DNA of 62,366 nucleotides, counting the filler, from Basidiobolus ranarum (lineage: Eukaryota), in NCBI GenBank assembly GCA_040143965.1. It is 12 parts of 12 records of this genome, joined end to end, with 100 filler letters (N's around TTAATTAATTAA, not from the genome) between each part and the next. Parts side by side here need not be neighbours in the genome. Positions count along the whole stretch, not along the records: positions 57,278 to 62,366 come from JASJQH010008594.1; 11 more parts are not named here. One strand, given 5' to 3'. The position numbers and the translations under genes were made by a program. Below the pieces are notes generated by a model. That model was given only the letters and a program-made list of their open reading frames with translations, was not told the DNA's origin and ran no database searches. Shown piece after piece: positions 60,537 to 62,366 of the stretch (its first letter is position 1; every line of letters starts with the position of its first letter).

Positions 60537-61225
60537 GTTTAGATTAAGTGTTAGTATTTGTGGAAGAGTCAGCTATTAGTTATATAATTCCCACTCTTCT
60601 TTAAGTAAGATACATTGGTAATTTAATGAAATGATGTTTATATATCATCTTGGAATACTTGGCATTGACGAATCAATTTCTGATAAGAGTAGATTGATTT
60701 TTTATATTTCTTAATACAACTTGCATAGCATCAATTTCACAGCATTTGACGCCTCTAAGGGAAATGGTAAAGCTATTATGACTTTTGATTGAAATCTCGC
60801 CCATGCTGAAACACACTGAAGTTTGCCAAGATAGTACTAGAGCGTTACAGTAACGAAGGTATATTGCTAGCAATTAGAGGTTTTAATGATCCATGCAAAC
60901 ATAGTCGGACAATTCCCGGCGAAGAACACAACCTAACTTAAACATAGAAATCCATTATCTTATTTAACTATCGAGGTTGTTACGGGAAATCACTTCTCTA
61001 TTAGCGTCGAAAGAACTGATCAAGTTTGGAGCGAGATCATTAGATAATTTTTAACCACCTGTATCACAGTCACAAGCTAGTCTTTTAAATCATGATTATT
61101 TGGATCATTAGCCAGTATTGAAAATCTTTCACAAATCTATTGATTATATCTCTCTTTTCTCTTCGCTCTCACCTTGATAAACCTACTTTACAGGAAAACT
61201 TTACAAAACATACAACCGAACTCAT

Positions 61226-62146
61226 ATGCCAAGATTCGTGTTGATGCTAAAGTTGGGAAATTTATTTTCTCTGTCTGCATTAATGAGCTTATCTTTTTAC
61301 CTCATAGTCTGGGACAAAGAAGTTGTAGACGAGTGGTTCAGACATCCAAACTATTTTATGCCAGCCAGCTTTACAAATATGATTATTCCGTTTGCCTTCT
61401 TCTTCTTCATCCTTTTTATTTTGGCACAGTTTCGGCCGGAATTTGATAAACTGGTTGACAATGGCATTGATATTTGGTTTACTCTTTCGAATCTATTTGC
61501 TATTAGTTGGTTAGTCTGCTTAGTATGTTGAGTGTTGCTAAAATAAGGACTATTTGATATGGATAAGGCTCTAACTCCGTCTTGTGTAGAAATTCCGCTG
61601 GTTTTACTTTTTCGAAATTTCTATGTTTGGCATCTTAATAAGTGGTTCCAAACTTCACCAAAATCTAGGGTTTTATCGCTTTCAAGATTGGTTGAGCTAT
61701 TCCACTGTTTATCTTCCATTTACTATGCTTTCCGCTTGGTCCGCGGTTAACATTGTAGTGACAACCTTTGTTGTATTCTTTGATTTGAATCATGGCGAAT
61801 ATGAGTATAGTAAGCAACTATCCACAGGAGCCATGCTAATTTTCACGTTACTTGGACTTTATCAGTCGGAACACAAAGGGCATATCGTTTACGGTTTAGT
61901 TATAGGATGGTTAGTATAATGAATGCTCATGCTGTTTTAACTCACCCAAACCACATATCTAAATGGACATTGAAATTTAGGTCACTATTTGGTATCGCTA
62001 TCGAGCAATCATCAACTCCTCATCTAAACATTCTCGGATTAATTTGCTGTGGAGTGGTATTGAGCTCCGTCGGGCGCATTTATTTCCACCGAATCATTAC
62101 ACATCTGGGAATTGGAAGTGTCGAGGAGCATCAACGACTTCTCTGA
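61226..62146 (+). CDS. Fungal multipass membrane protein (DUF1774-like), three exons
   Basis: ORFs at 61226, 61623 and 61907 splice via GT-AG introns (~61523-61589, ~61911-61980); several hydrophobic helices; LPFTMLSAW, GLVIGW/SLFGIA and EHQRLL C-terminus. Confidence 0.7.
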
Positions 62147-62366
62147 GAACCCCTCTCCCCCAAATTATACCTTTTCCTAATTCATCATAATATGGATAAT
62201 ATATATTACGTTTGTATATCAGAATTTAATCGTTGTTTCATTGATGCATCGAACCTAATCCCGAATCTAACTCACAAAATCATGTCAATAAATCACAACA
62301 CACATCCTAGCCACAGGTCGATATTCGATGGGATGTTTTAGATACAACTCGTGCTTTTCAAGACAT

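Overview
This window is not a continuous locus. It is 12 unrelated contigs of about 5.1 kb, in descending length (5116 down to 5089 bp), joined by an artificial 100-bp linker (N44-TTAATTAATTAA-N44). Short GT-AG introns and the gene content point to an early-diverging fungus (Zoopagomycota/Mucoromycota-like; Basidiobolus is plausible but not proven). A large share of the sequence is decayed, almost CpG-free transposon debris: two Ty1/copia families (one with a Ty5/copia-type half-tRNA primer site), three repeated LTR families including solo LTRs with target-site duplications, CACTA/EnSpm (Tnp2) remnants, a gypsy RNase H remnant and a possible hAT-like end. Host genes are two PDR/ABCG N-termini, a CBM18 GPI-type protein, two C2H2 factors, a bHLH-ZIP factor, a DDHD phospholipase, Cdt1, a Tlg1/syntaxin-6-like SNARE, a GH17 glucanase, two GLUT-like transporters, Sec15 and a multipass membrane protein. 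The most notable item is a young-looking (CpG-rich), frameshifted N-terminal fragment of a probable Fanzor1 (eukaryotic TnpB-like RNA-guided nuclease) next to a candidate transposon end (15647-16820). Also notable are a membrane-anchored pseudo-septin with N-terminal AIM/LIR motifs (17046-19419) and three housekeeping genes that appear to lack whole domains (Tlg1-like, Sec15, Cdt1). All family assignments come from motif recognition by eye, not from database searches.
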